A stretch of DNA of 64,000 bases from a bacterium (GCA_963676395.1 OY781066.1:1216001-1280000); one strand, 5' to 3'; shown: positions 29,833 through 39,418, counted from the first letter of the stretch. Notes: generated by a model from the sequence alone, not told the origin. Made by a program: numbers and translations.

Positions 29833-30702
29833 ATGTACAAACACATCAAATGTAAAACTGCATTGAACAAACTTAACAGTCGATACTTGCCGTATCACTG
29901 GGATTTAAATGTTTATCGTGGTTGCTCACATCATTGTCAGTATTGTTATGCATTGTATTCGCATAATTATCTTAATGACAGTGATTTTTTTGGGGATATT
30001 TATATTAAGGAAAATATTGCCGATGCCTTGGAGCAACAGCTGAAAAAGAAAAGTTGGAAACATGAGGTTATTAATTTAGGAGGTGTTACAGATTCTTATC
30101 AGGCAATTGAAAAGAATGAAGAGCTGCTTCCGGACATATTGAAATTGTTGATTAAATATCGTACTCCTGTATCGCTAACAACAAAATCTAACTTGTTGTT
30201 AAGAGATAAAGATCTGTATTTGGAACTCGCAGACGTAGCTGGTGCAAGTGTTGGGATATCGGTGACTACATTTGACGAAGAACTTCGCAAGAAAATTGAA
30301 CCGGGTGCAATGTCAACATTAGATCGCTTTAAAATTTTATCAGAGTTCAACGGAACAGCGGTACGTACGGGTATTCTTGCAATGCCAATCTTGCCTTATT
30401 TGACGGATTCTAAAGAAAACCTTGAAAGGATGTTTTTGCTGACACAAGAATTTGGCGGTTCGTTCGTTATCCCGGGTATTTTAAATTTACGTGGTCCAAC
30501 GCGAGGACATTTTTTAAATTTCATTAGAAGTACATTTCCGGAGTTTTATCAGCTCTATGTGGCCTATTATACAGGGAAGGGTGACAAGAAAGCCTATCGT
30601 GAGAAATTATACGCAAACTTGTCTCAGTTAAGAAAAAAATATAAGTTAACATCTAAACCGTGGAAACTGGCGGCCGAACCGGCTCAGATGGAGCTGTTTT
30701 AA
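29833..30702 (+). CDS. Radical SAM protein, SplB-like DNA-repair family
   Basis: NVYRGCSHHCQYCYA, TDSYQ, TKS, IEPGA. C-terminus QMELF. Confidence 0.9.
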   Translation: MYKHIKCKTALNKLNSRYLPYHWDLNVYRGCSHHCQYCYALYSHNYLNDSDFFGDIYIKENIADALEQQLKKKSWKHEVINLGGVTDSYQAIEKNEELLPDILKLLIKYRTPVSLTTKSNLLLRDKDLYLELADVAGASVGISVTTFDEELRKKIEPGAMSTLDRFKILSEFNGTAVRTGILAMPILPYLTDSKENLERMFLLTQEFGGSFVIPGILNLRGPTRGHFLNFIRSTFPEFYQLYVAYYTGKGDKKAYREKLYANLSQLRKKYKLTSKPWKLAAEPAQMELF

Positions 30703-30711
30703 ATTGAGGTA

Positions 30712-31281
30712 ATGATGAAAAAAAGATGTGATTGGTGTGGAAATGATCCTTTATATATTCAATATCATGATAAAGAGTGGGGTTTGCCTTTGCATGATGA
30801 TCGTCTATTGTTTGAGTTTTTGATCCTCGAAGGTGCTCAGGCGGGTTTAAGCTGGATCACGATTCTTAAAAAAAGAGATAATTATCGAAAAGCATTTGAT
30901 TTTTTTGATTGTGAAAAAATTGCAGCTTATACTGAAAAGGATGTAGAGCGCCTGATGCAAAATTCGGGTATTGTGCGAAATCGTTTGAAAATAAATTCCA
31001 CTATTAGAAATGCCCGAGTAGCAATCAAGATCAAGGAAGAGTTTGGATCCTTAGATAATTATTTTTGGACTTTTGTAAATCATGCACCTATTCAAAACAG
31101 TTTTATAAGCATGGTCGAAATGCCTGTTAGTACAGGACTTTCAGAAATTATTAGTAAAGATCTGAAAAAGCGTGGAATGAATTTTGTGGGTCCGACTATC
31201 ATTTATTCTTTTATGCAAGCGATTGGTATGGTAAATGACCATATTGTTGATTGCTTTCGATTTGAAGAAGTTGGTAAATGA
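30712..31281 (+). CDS. tag: DNA-3-methyladenine glycosylase I
   Basis: RC-x-W, YHDKEWG, LEGAQAGLSW, IVRNRLKI, FVGPT and NDH-x-x-x-C. Confidence 0.97.
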   Translation: MMKKRCDWCGNDPLYIQYHDKEWGLPLHDDRLLFEFLILEGAQAGLSWITILKKRDNYRKAFDFFDCEKIAAYTEKDVERLMQNSGIVRNRLKINSTIRNARVAIKIKEEFGSLDNYFWTFVNHAPIQNSFISMVEMPVSTGLSEIISKDLKKRGMNFVGPTIIYSFMQAIGMVNDHIVDCFRFEEVGK

Positions 31282-31466
31282 TAACATTGTTATCTCAACA
31301 TGATACCGACATTTGAGATGAAAAATCTTATTCAATAATTTTAGATTTTAATCGAAACTAACTTGGGTCATTGATTGCCAAGCCAATATTTTTCGAACTT
31401 TACTTTTTGCTTTTGCCTTGATATGTTTATATTCATCCGTAATGTTTAATTAAATGGAGGGAAAAC

Positions 31467-32771
31467 ATGAAAAACACATTACGTACTCTAATTTCATTAA
31501 CAATCTTGCTAAGTGCTTTTTCTTTTGGGGAAGAAGGAGAGTTTGTAAAAACCGGTGTTAATGTGGGCCCTTTGCCTTCAGTTGCTTTTAGCTCTGATAC
31601 GGGCTTTCAATATGGTTTGTTGGCAAATATCTTTTTCTATGGCGATGGCGAGATATATCCGGACTATTACCATAACTTATATGTCGAGTGGAATCGCACG
31701 ACTAAAGGTGCCGGTCTGGCACAGGTTACCTATGATTCAAAATATTTGATCCCCGGTGTTCGTGTAACTGCAGATCTCAGTTATATTGAAAAAAATGCAT
31801 GGGGATTTTATGGGTTTAACGGTGCGGAATCTCAATATAATGACAGCTGGGTTGACGCCGCTGCTGTTGATTATAAAAACACACTATATTATGCCATGAA
31901 ACGAAACAATCTTCGTATAACTGCCAATTTTCAGGGGAATATTACAGATGAAAAATTTCGTTGGTTTGGTGGATTGGGTTACTTGAATTTTGATGTTGCG
32001 TCAGCATCCACGACCAATGCTTGGGATACAACCAAATATGCAAGCTATTCAACACTGTATGATGATTTTGTCGAATGGGGCGTTATCGACTCTTTGGAAA
32101 TGGATGGCGGTCCGGCAACCTATGTTAAAGCGGGCATCGTTTATGATACGCGTGATAACGAAGCTTGCCCAATGAGTGGAATTTGGGAAGAAGTGATTTT
32201 GACCTATGCTCCTACTGTTGCCGGTTTAAATGAAAGCGGTTGGTTGCAGTTAGCTGCTATCCATCGTCAGTATTTAACGCTTGTGCCGGATAAATTGTCG
32301 TTGACATATCGTTTGGGGTATCAGGGTATTATTGCAGGTAAGCAACCCTTTTATCTTCAGGGCAATATGCCGGACTCAAGAAACAATCGCGACGGTCTCG
32401 GCGGAAGTAAAAATGTTCGAGGTATCATGGGGTCTCGCTTGGTTGGTGATGGTTATGTTTATGCAAACCTGGAAGCTCGCTTGAAAATTGTAAGATTCAA
32501 TTGGATCGGTCAAAGCTGGTACTTTGGTATTAATCCTTTCCTTGATGCGGGAATGGTCGTTCAACCTTATGAATATGATAAGACAGGTATTCCTTCGGAC
32601 GAAATTGATAATTATCTGACAGGAAATAATGAAACCATTCACTTGTCATATGGCTTGGGTATTAAACTGGCCATGAATGAAAATATGATTCTTTCCGTTG
32701 ATTATGGGTTTGCGGGAAGCCCCAATGACGGTAGTACGGGGCTTTATATTGGTCTCGGTTATCTCTATTAG
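31467..32771 (+). CDS. Omp85/BamA-TamA superfamily beta-barrel without POTRA domains
   Basis: Signal peptide, P-x-VAFSSDTG barrel start, YDTRDN-x-x-x-P-x-x-G, GG-x-x-NVRG loop-6 motif, and terminal GLGYLY. Confidence 0.82.
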   Translation: MKNTLRTLISLTILLSAFSFGEEGEFVKTGVNVGPLPSVAFSSDTGFQYGLLANIFFYGDGEIYPDYYHNLYVEWNRTTKGAGLAQVTYDSKYLIPGVRVTADLSYIEKNAWGFYGFNGAESQYNDSWVDAAAVDYKNTLYYAMKRNNLRITANFQGNITDEKFRWFGGLGYLNFDVASASTTNAWDTTKYASYSTLYDDFVEWGVIDSLEMDGGPATYVKAGIVYDTRDNEACPMSGIWEEVILTYAPTVAGLNESGWLQLAAIHRQYLTLVPDKLSLTYRLGYQGIIAGKQPFYLQGNMPDSRNNRDGLGGSKNVRGIMGSRLVGDGYVYANLEARLKIVRFNWIGQSWYFGINPFLDAGMVVQPYEYDKTGIPSDEIDNYLTGNNETIHLSYGLGIKLAMNENMILSVDYGFAGSPNDGSTGLYIGLGYLY

Positions 32772-32777
32772 ACTATC

Positions 32778-33143
32778 ATGAAATATTTATTTATAGCGAT
32801 GGGCGGTGCTGTAGGTGCCGTCCTTCGTTTTTCAGTCTCAGCTTTACTTAACCAAGTTGCAACGTCCAGCTTTCCATGGGGAACGTTGAGCGTAAATCTT
32901 ATAGGTTCTTTTGTGTTAGCCTTACTGGTTTCTGTGACGGGCGGAGAACAAAATGCATGGTATTTTTTTCTTGCGGTTGGGGTGCTGGGAGCGTTTACAA
33001 CTTTTTCAACCTTTAGTGTTGAAACCTTTAATCTTATAAATACTGCAGGGTTGGGTATGGGCATCCTGAATATGGTCGCAAATCTTGTTGGGGGATTGGG
33101 ACTGGCTCTAAGTGGATATTTGATTGGGAATCTGATAAAATAA
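32778..33143 (+). CDS. crcB: Fluoride efflux channel Fluc
   Basis: GGAVGAVLR, FPWGTLSVN and GVLGAFTTFSTF-x-x-E. Confidence 0.95.
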   Translation: MKYLFIAMGGAVGAVLRFSVSALLNQVATSSFPWGTLSVNLIGSFVLALLVSVTGGEQNAWYFFLAVGVLGAFTTFSTFSVETFNLINTAGLGMGILNMVANLVGGLGLALSGYLIGNLIK

Positions 33144-33339
33144 TTTAACAACTTTGGACTTTACCCCAAGTTTGTTGATATAAGCTTAAAAATATTATTT
33201 ACTACTATTGCTTTCAGCTGAAAATTGTCATAATTTAATTGTGCTAATTATAAAATAAGCAGTAGCAATATTTGGGCCACTACCGGAGGACAAACGGGGT
33301 GGCGCGTTTTACATTAAGGGAAATTTAAGGAGTGGTACA

Positions 33340-34458
33340 ATGGCAAAATACCGCATTGGATGGATGCCTGGAGATGGTGTTGGCAATGAAGTTATGGAAG
33401 CAGCCAAGATTGTTTTAGACAAGCTTGAACTCGACGCAGAGTTTGTTCATGGTGATATCGGTTGGGAATACTGGAAAAGCGAAGGTGACGCGCTTCCCCA
33501 AAGAACTATCGATATGCTTAAGACAGTAGATTGTGCACTTTTTGGTGCTATTACCTCAAAACCCAAAGAAGAAGCAGAGAAAGAGCTGAAACCCGAATTG
33601 CGTGGTAAAGGCTTGGTTTATTTTTCTCCCATTGTACGTCTTCGTCAGCTTTTTAAACTGCATACCAATATGCGTCCCTGTAAAGCTTACAAAGGAAACC
33701 CCTTGAACTATAAAGATGATATTGACATCACAATATTTCGTGAAAACACCGAAGGTATGTATGGTGGTGTGGAATTTCACCCTCTTCCTCAGGAAATCTA
33801 TGATGTCTTAGATAAAAATCATCCTAAGATGAAAAAATTCAAGGATGCCGGTCTGGAAAATATAGCCCTCTCTACTCGTGTGATGACTCGCCAAGGTTGC
33901 GAGAGTATTGTTCGTAACGCCTTTGAATTTGCTAAAGAATATGGCAAGAAAGCCGTGACTGTTTGTGATAAACCAAATGTATTACGTGAAACCGGTGGTT
34001 TAATGATCCGTACAGCGCGTGAAGTTGCAAAAGACTATCCGGGCATTGAACTATGGGAAACGAACATCGATGCTCAATGTATGTGGTTGGTTAAAAATCC
34101 CGCAAATTACGAAGTGATCGCGGCCGAAAATATGTTTGGTGATATTTTGTCTGACCTTTCTGCGCAGTTGGTTGGTGGGCTTGGTTTTGCGTGTGCTGCC
34201 AATATTGGTGACGATCTTGCCGTGTTTGAACCTACACATGGTTCTGCTCCCAAGTATTATGGCCAATATAAAGTTAATCCAACGGCAATGATCTTGACCG
34301 TGAAAATGATGTTGGATTGGTTGGGTGAAAAGGATATGGCCGATAAGCTTGAAAAAGCGGTGGCTGATGTGATCGAAGAAGGCAAGGTTCGCACCTATGA
34401 TCTGGGTGGAACAAATACTTCGCTTGAAGTTGCTGAAGCCGTTGCAGCAAAATTATAG
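33340..34458 (+). CDS. Isocitrate/isopropylmalate dehydrogenase family protein
   Basis: PGDGVG-x-EV, RENTEG, K-x-N, NMFGDILSD, FEPTHGSAP and T-x-DLGG. Substrate cannot be assigned. Confidence 0.93.
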   Translation: MAKYRIGWMPGDGVGNEVMEAAKIVLDKLELDAEFVHGDIGWEYWKSEGDALPQRTIDMLKTVDCALFGAITSKPKEEAEKELKPELRGKGLVYFSPIVRLRQLFKLHTNMRPCKAYKGNPLNYKDDIDITIFRENTEGMYGGVEFHPLPQEIYDVLDKNHPKMKKFKDAGLENIALSTRVMTRQGCESIVRNAFEFAKEYGKKAVTVCDKPNVLRETGGLMIRTAREVAKDYPGIELWETNIDAQCMWLVKNPANYEVIAAENMFGDILSDLSAQLVGGLGFACAANIGDDLAVFEPTHGSAPKYYGQYKVNPTAMILTVKMMLDWLGEKDMADKLEKAVADVIEEGKVRTYDLGGTNTSLEVAEAVAAKL

Positions 34459-34467
34459 ATTTTATTC

Positions 34468-34497
34468 GATAGCCTTGGGTTTTAGCTCAAGGCTATT
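34468..34497. repeat. TAGCCTTGG-family palindrome (REP-like/terminator)
   Basis: GATAGCCTTGGG-TTTTAG-CTCAAGGCTATT, with a near copy at 37382-37410. Confidence 0.7.
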
Positions 34498-34584
34498 CTG
34501 TTTTATTTAAAATATTAATAATAGTTTGGTATATGCTCATTAGTCTTTTTTATATTATATCAATATTTAAATAGAGGATGCCTT

Positions 34585-35997
34585 ATTAATATCACAGTTA
34601 TTAGCGGAAGCCCACAAGGAAAGTATAGTATTACTTTGCAGTCTTTAGAATACATTAGAGAATTTGACAAGAGTGATAATAATTATGAAATCCATCATGT
34701 AAGTAAAAAGATCATGATGTTAGAAAAAGATGAAGCAAGGTTTCAAGAAGTTTTTGATTCTATGGTTCGAGCCGATATGATATACTGGGTATATCCTGTG
34801 TATTCTTCTTTTGTACCATATCAATTGTTGCGTTTTATCGAAATGGTTTATCAACATCCTGAGCTTGATAAGTTAAAGGGTAAGTATTCTTCCCAAATTG
34901 TAACCTCCATGAATTTCTATGATTATATTCCCAATATTTATATGCGACAGGTCTGTGAGGATTGGGGTATGAATGTCATTCCCGGTCATTTTGCAAATAT
35001 GACAGACATGGTATTTAAACATGGTCAAAACAGCTTGGATGTTTTTGCAAAAGAGATTCAATATCATGTTGAAAGTAATTTTAAATCTGTAAGGGATTAT
35101 GCCCCTACCGTGTATGAGTCCAAAACATATATTCCCGAAGAGATCACAGCGTGTGATCACAATTCAAATTATAAGATATCTTTAATCACGAACAATTTAG
35201 ATCCTGAGTCAAATCTTGGGAAGATGATAGATGTTTTTATAAAGATGACTCCCAATCCGGTCACAGTGCTGAATTTACATGAGCTTGATATTAAAACTGG
35301 ATGTTTGGGGTGTTTGCATTGTACGATGCAGGAAGGGTGTTCGATAAAGGATGATCATCGAAAGATATTTGATGAGCATATTTGGGGTTCCGATTGTGTG
35401 ATCTATGCTGTTGAGATAGAGAATCATGCTCCTAAAAGCATTTGGAAAAAATTCGAAGATCGACATTTTAGTAATGGACATAGGGTTAGTGTTGATGTAA
35501 AGCCGGTTGGATTTCTTTTTTCCGGTCCGATCAGCCAGGAAAGTAATTTAAGGGAAATGTATGAAGCTCGAGGAGATGTAGGGCATTCGTTTCAATTAGA
35601 TTCCGTCAGTGATGAAGGTGATAGTGAACTTATCACAGAATCAATTAAAACACTTAGCAAAAAGATGATGTGGGCCTTAGAGAATAAGGCATCTCGCCCT
35701 CAAACATTTTGGGGTATAGCCGGTATTAAGATATTTAGGGATATGATCTATACAATGAAGGGTTTAATGCGAGATGATCATAAATATTATAAGAAAAATA
35801 AATTATATGATTTTCCTCAGAATAAAAAAGGGATGATCATCTTTTCGTATATTCTCGGTTCTTTTATGTCTATTAAAAGAATTAAGAAGAAAATTTTACC
35901 CAAATTGAGCAGTTCAAGAATTAAGATATATCAGCGCGTGATCGGAATGAAGAAGAGCTCACAGCTTAAGGGGCGAGAGTTAGAGATAGGAATGTAG
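34585..35997 (+). CDS. NAD(P)H-dependent oxidoreductase with tandem flavodoxin-like domains (iron-sulfur flavoprotein-like)
   Basis: The frame extends upstream to (I)NITVISGSPQGKYSIT, the FMN-binding loop. The second domain has CLGCLHC-x5-C. Probable ATT start at 34585 behind GAGGA. Confidence 0.85.
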   Translation: MNITVISGSPQGKYSITLQSLEYIREFDKSDNNYEIHHVSKKIMMLEKDEARFQEVFDSMVRADMIYWVYPVYSSFVPYQLLRFIEMVYQHPELDKLKGKYSSQIVTSMNFYDYIPNIYMRQVCEDWGMNVIPGHFANMTDMVFKHGQNSLDVFAKEIQYHVESNFKSVRDYAPTVYESKTYIPEEITACDHNSNYKISLITNNLDPESNLGKMIDVFIKMTPNPVTVLNLHELDIKTGCLGCLHCTMQEGCSIKDDHRKIFDEHIWGSDCVIYAVEIENHAPKSIWKKFEDRHFSNGHRVSVDVKPVGFLFSGPISQESNLREMYEARGDVGHSFQLDSVSDEGDSELITESIKTLSKKMMWALENKASRPQTFWGIAGIKIFRDMIYTMKGLMRDDHKYYKKNKLYDFPQNKKGMIIFSYILGSFMSIKRIKKKILPKLSSSRIKIYQRVIGMKKSSQLKGRELEIGM

Positions 35998-36201
35998 TGG
36001 CGCGGTGCGGTATAATATATAACAAGGTGGCTTAAGAGCCGCTCGTATACGATTAAACAACAATAATAGCCTATGGTGAAGCGGGGAAGCCGAAGGTTAT
36101 TGGTGTTACCTCAATATTTTAAATAACTAACACATGTTGCTTCGTAAATTGTGATATTTAAACAGAGGGTCACAAAATATTAAAAATATTAATAAAAGCG
36201 C

Positions 36202-36231
36202 TTGATATAATTAATATAATTAAATATAATT
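36202..36231 (+). promoter_or_regulatory. Promoter overlaid with three ATATAATT direct repeats
   Basis: TTGATA-N17-TATAAT, with ATATAATT at 36205, 36214 and 36224. Confidence 0.65.
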
Positions 36232-36249
36232 GGCTTGGAGGAAAAAATA

Positions 36250-36630
36250 ATGAATGAATGGAAAAAACTGACAGAGATGACTGAAGGGAAAGAATTAAAA
36301 GTACTGAAGGTGGAAGAGCCTGAAAGCGGTATTCGAATTGAAGGTGAATTTAAGCTACCGCCTTTAGCAAGATTGAGCGCTGAAGACCAATTGTTTGTTG
36401 CCGTCTTTTTAAAAGCTCACGGTTCCATCAAACAAATGGAAAAGGTATTTGGAATATCATATCCAACGGTGAAGAATCGACTGAATAAAATCGTATCTAA
36501 GTTGGATATTGTAAATATAGATGTAAGCATTGAAGAAGCGAATGACAGAGAGGGCTCACGCTTAAGCATTCTTGAAAAATTGGAAAAAGGTGAAATAAGC
36601 ATGGATGACGCCCTGAAAGGATTGAAGTAA
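36250..36630 (+). CDS. DUF2089 family HTH protein
   Basis: IEGEF...L-x-x-EDQLF...GSIKQMEK-x-x-GISYPTVKNRL plus a C-terminal SHOCT-like ILEKLEKGEIS. ATG 36250 follows GGAGG. Confidence 0.88.
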   Translation: MNEWKKLTEMTEGKELKVLKVEEPESGIRIEGEFKLPPLARLSAEDQLFVAVFLKAHGSIKQMEKVFGISYPTVKNRLNKIVSKLDIVNIDVSIEEANDREGSRLSILEKLEKGEISMDDALKGLK

Positions 36631-36631
36631 T

Positions 36632-36913
36632 ATGGGGATTCGTATTGTTTCAAAAGGTCCGAAGCAATCTTTTCGTTTAAGCTTACCGGGAATACTGATT
36701 CTATTAATTTTGTTGCTGTTTTTGCCGTTGATTTTATTGCTAATAATATTCACGGCAATAGGGTTGTTTATTTGGAATTTAGTGCCCGGACAACACTTAC
36801 AGGCACGCGCATACACGAAAATAGTACTTGCTGTTCCCACAATATTTTTTGCCATGCGTGGTCTTACGGTTGATGTTGAATCTGAAGATCTTGATATAAA
36901 AATAAACTTTTAG
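36632..36913 (+). CDS. Hypothetical membrane protein
   Basis: Tightly spaced between DUF2089 and the SHOCT-like gene, with a long hydrophobic segment. Confidence 0.6.
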   Translation: MGIRIVSKGPKQSFRLSLPGILILLILLLFLPLILLLIIFTAIGLFIWNLVPGQHLQARAYTKIVLAVPTIFFAMRGLTVDVESEDLDIKINF

Positions 36914-36924
36914 GAGATATAAAA

Positions 36925-37356
36925 ATGAACGAAGAAAGATTAAAAGTATTGAATATGATCGCAGAGGGAAAGATCTCTGTCGAAGAAGGGGGTAAACTTC
37001 TTGATGCCTTGGATAAAAATGAAGCTAAAACAGACACAAGCGAAGATTTGATCGAAACCGTAAAAAAGGCGGGAATTAATTATCTTTATGTCGATATCAA
37101 TCCTAAGAATGAAAGTGCTAAAGAAAAAGTTCATGTCAAGGTTCCTTTGGCTCTGGTTAGAGCCGGCGTAAATATTGCTTCTATGCTGCCGGGTGATGTT
37201 CAGGAAAAAGTAAATTCTGCCATGGATGAAAAAGGTATGAGCTTTGACCTATCGTCTATTAAGCCGGAGAATATTGAAGAACTGATTCAGGCCCTTGAAG
37301 AGATGGAAGTGAATATCGATTCCGAAGATCATGCGGTTAGGGTTTATTGCGCGTAA
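36925..37356 (+). CDS. SHOCT-like (YvlB/LiaX N-terminal-like) domain protein
   Basis: MNEERLKVLNMIAEGKISVEEG-x-KLLDAL and V-x-VKVPL-x-L; a usual DUF2089 partner. Confidence 0.78.
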   Translation: MNEERLKVLNMIAEGKISVEEGGKLLDALDKNEAKTDTSEDLIETVKKAGINYLYVDINPKNESAKEKVHVKVPLALVRAGVNIASMLPGDVQEKVNSAMDEKGMSFDLSSIKPENIEELIQALEEMEVNIDSEDHAVRVYCA

Positions 37357-37381
37357 GCAGATGACCGAAATAGATTCTTTT

Positions 37382-37410
37382 GATAGCCTTGGTTTAAACC
37401 CAAGGCTGTT
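37382..37410. repeat. TAGCCTTGG-family palindrome between convergent genes
   Basis: GATAGCCTTGG-TTTAAAC-CCAAGGCTGTT. Confidence 0.7.
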
Positions 37411-37418
37411 CATATTTA

Positions 37419-38285
37419 TTAAAACAATTCCCCTTGTAATTCAATCTCTCTATAAAACTCCATTTTTGTTGCCAATCTCAATTCTTTACATTTCATTTGA
37501 TATACATCGTAGAGTTTTTTGGCGTTGGGAGAGGAACATCCGTATTCGTTAGCGAATTCTTGAATATACTTTTCTTTTACTCCGGGAAAGTGCTTATCCA
37601 ATTGCTCGTAGTACCACTCTCGCTGTCCTTGTCGCTGTGTCATGCCGGGCCACATAAGCACATAATTGGCTCCGGATTCTTTTGCCTTATGGATCAATGA
37701 TACAATATTATCCAATGAATCCGTTAGAAAGGGCAAGACAGGCGAGATCAGTACACCGCAATAAATACCCTTTTGCGAAAGTTGATGAATGGCTTTGAAC
37801 CTATCGGATGATTTGGGTGCGGAAGGTTCAATTTTCTTGCTTAATTCATCATTCGATGTGGTGATCGTAATGGAAACAGCCGCATAGATTTTTGAGATGT
37901 CTTTCAGGAGGTCAATATCACGAGTAACGAGATCGCTCTTGGTAATAATATGTACCGGAAATTGAAATCGTTTAAGCTGTTCGAGAGCTTGTCGTGTTAA
38001 TTTTAATTCTTTTTCAACCGGCATATAGGGGTCATTCATGCTACCGGTGCCAACGGTTCCTTTCTTTCGTTTGGAAGGCAGTTCTTTTTTGAGCAGATCA
38101 ATGGCATTTTCTTTTACGCGGATATCTCTAAGGTCGCCCAATTGATAACACTCGGATCTGGAATCACAATAGATACATTGGTGCTGACAACCTCGATACA
38201 AGTTCATATTGTATACAATACCAAAAGGGTCATAGCCTGAGACTTTGAGCTTAGATAGGATGGTTTTAGATTTAATGTAACGCAT
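37419..38285 (-). CDS. Radical SAM protein, SplB-like DNA-repair family (second paralog)
   Basis: NLYRGCQHQCIYCDSRS, GSMNDPY, ITKS, IEP. C-terminus QGELF. Confidence 0.9.
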   Translation of the reverse strand: MRYIKSKTILSKLKVSGYDPFGIVYNMNLYRGCQHQCIYCDSRSECYQLGDLRDIRVKENAIDLLKKELPSKRKKGTVGTGSMNDPYMPVEKELKLTRQALEQLKRFQFPVHIITKSDLVTRDIDLLKDISKIYAAVSITITTSNDELSKKIEPSAPKSSDRFKAIHQLSQKGIYCGVLISPVLPFLTDSLDNIVSLIHKAKESGANYVLMWPGMTQRQGQREWYYEQLDKHFPGVKEKYIQEFANEYGCSSPNAKKLYDVYQMKCKELRLATKMEFYREIELQGELF

Positions 38286-38380
38286 TTTAATGGTATATAT
38301 AATGTACAGGAAGGTTTATATCACCAAGGTTTTGTATAGCAAAGTGTAATCGTCTCCCCAAAATAATTTTACTTAGAGAA

Positions 38381-39409
38381 CTACCATTTACCTTCTTTTA
38401 GAACTGTTTCAACCATTGCAAGATAGTTTTCAGGTTTGACATATTCGGGGATAGAGTTTGAAGAACCGGCACACCAGCCACCACGACCTTTAGCGATCTC
38501 AATAAAATTTCGCGTCAAGTTGCGAATTTCGTCGGGCGTAGCACGACAGAGCTGATCGACATCAATACCACCGCAGAGACAAAGTTTATCACCTACGCGA
38601 TCCTTAAGCTCGCCCATATCCATAGAAATTGGTTCGACCGGGTGCAGACTTGTGATACCAATAGTGTCAATAAGATCAGGCATTACATCGTAAAGTACGC
38701 CATCCGAATGGTAGATAAATGGGATACCGCGATCTTTGGCTAGTTTTCCTATTCGTTTAAGGTAGGGGAAAAGATTTTCACGCAAGAAGTCCGGTGATAC
38801 CATTAGACCTGATGAATATGCGATATCGTCACTGTACCATAAAACTTTTACATGGTCCATGCTGGCCATGGTTTCAAACATAGATACAACCAATTCACCC
38901 ATTTTATCAAACATGGCAGTGATCAATTCGGGATCTTCATACATTTTCATGGAAAAATTTTCGAAGCCCATCATTTCCCAGACTGTAGTATAAATGTCAC
39001 CATATTGTCCAATAATACCCATGTCATCCGGAATGAGTTTTCCGGCCTCTTCGAGGCGCGAATATTCCAGATCATCTTTTTTTACCCAATTGTAAGTTTC
39101 AAAAGATTTCCAATCCGAAACGACACCATCATGTTCGGATGACCAAGAGCGATCCGGAGCTACATTTGCATTTTTAGCTACTGAACGATTTGTATCAATA
39201 TTGATGCCGGGTTGAACTTTGATAAAATCATATCCCATTGCGCGCATGAATTCGATTTCATCTTTGACAGATATAATAGGCTTACCCATTATCTTTTCGC
39301 GCATTTCAGGGTGGATCCCCAGTTCAATGAGAGGAATATAATCATTAGTTTTATTGAAAAGGGTTTTTTGAAAATGTTCAAAATCCGGTTTTTTTAAATG
39401 TGAAAACAT
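38381..39409 (-). CDS. Uroporphyrinogen decarboxylase family protein (MtaA/CmuA-like methylcobamide methyltransferase fold)
   Basis: MGFENF...YEDPE, DDIA, HSDG, LHPVEP, LCGGID and SSNSI. Adjacent to a corrinoid protein. Confidence 0.85.
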   Translation of the reverse strand: MFSHLKKPDFEHFQKTLFNKTNDYIPLIELGIHPEMREKIMGKPIISVKDEIEFMRAMGYDFIKVQPGINIDTNRSVAKNANVAPDRSWSSEHDGVVSDWKSFETYNWVKKDDLEYSRLEEAGKLIPDDMGIIGQYGDIYTTVWEMMGFENFSMKMYEDPELITAMFDKMGELVVSMFETMASMDHVKVLWYSDDIAYSSGLMVSPDFLRENLFPYLKRIGKLAKDRGIPFIYHSDGVLYDVMPDLIDTIGITSLHPVEPISMDMGELKDRVGDKLCLCGGIDVDQLCRATPDEIRNLTRNFIEIAKGRGGWCAGSSNSIPEYVKPENYLAMVETVLKEGKW

Positions 39410-39418
39410 AAGCTCTCC

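Noticed and set aside
32768..33151. 127-aa minus-strand ORF
   Set aside because: Exact antisense of crcB, which carries the full Fluc motifs.
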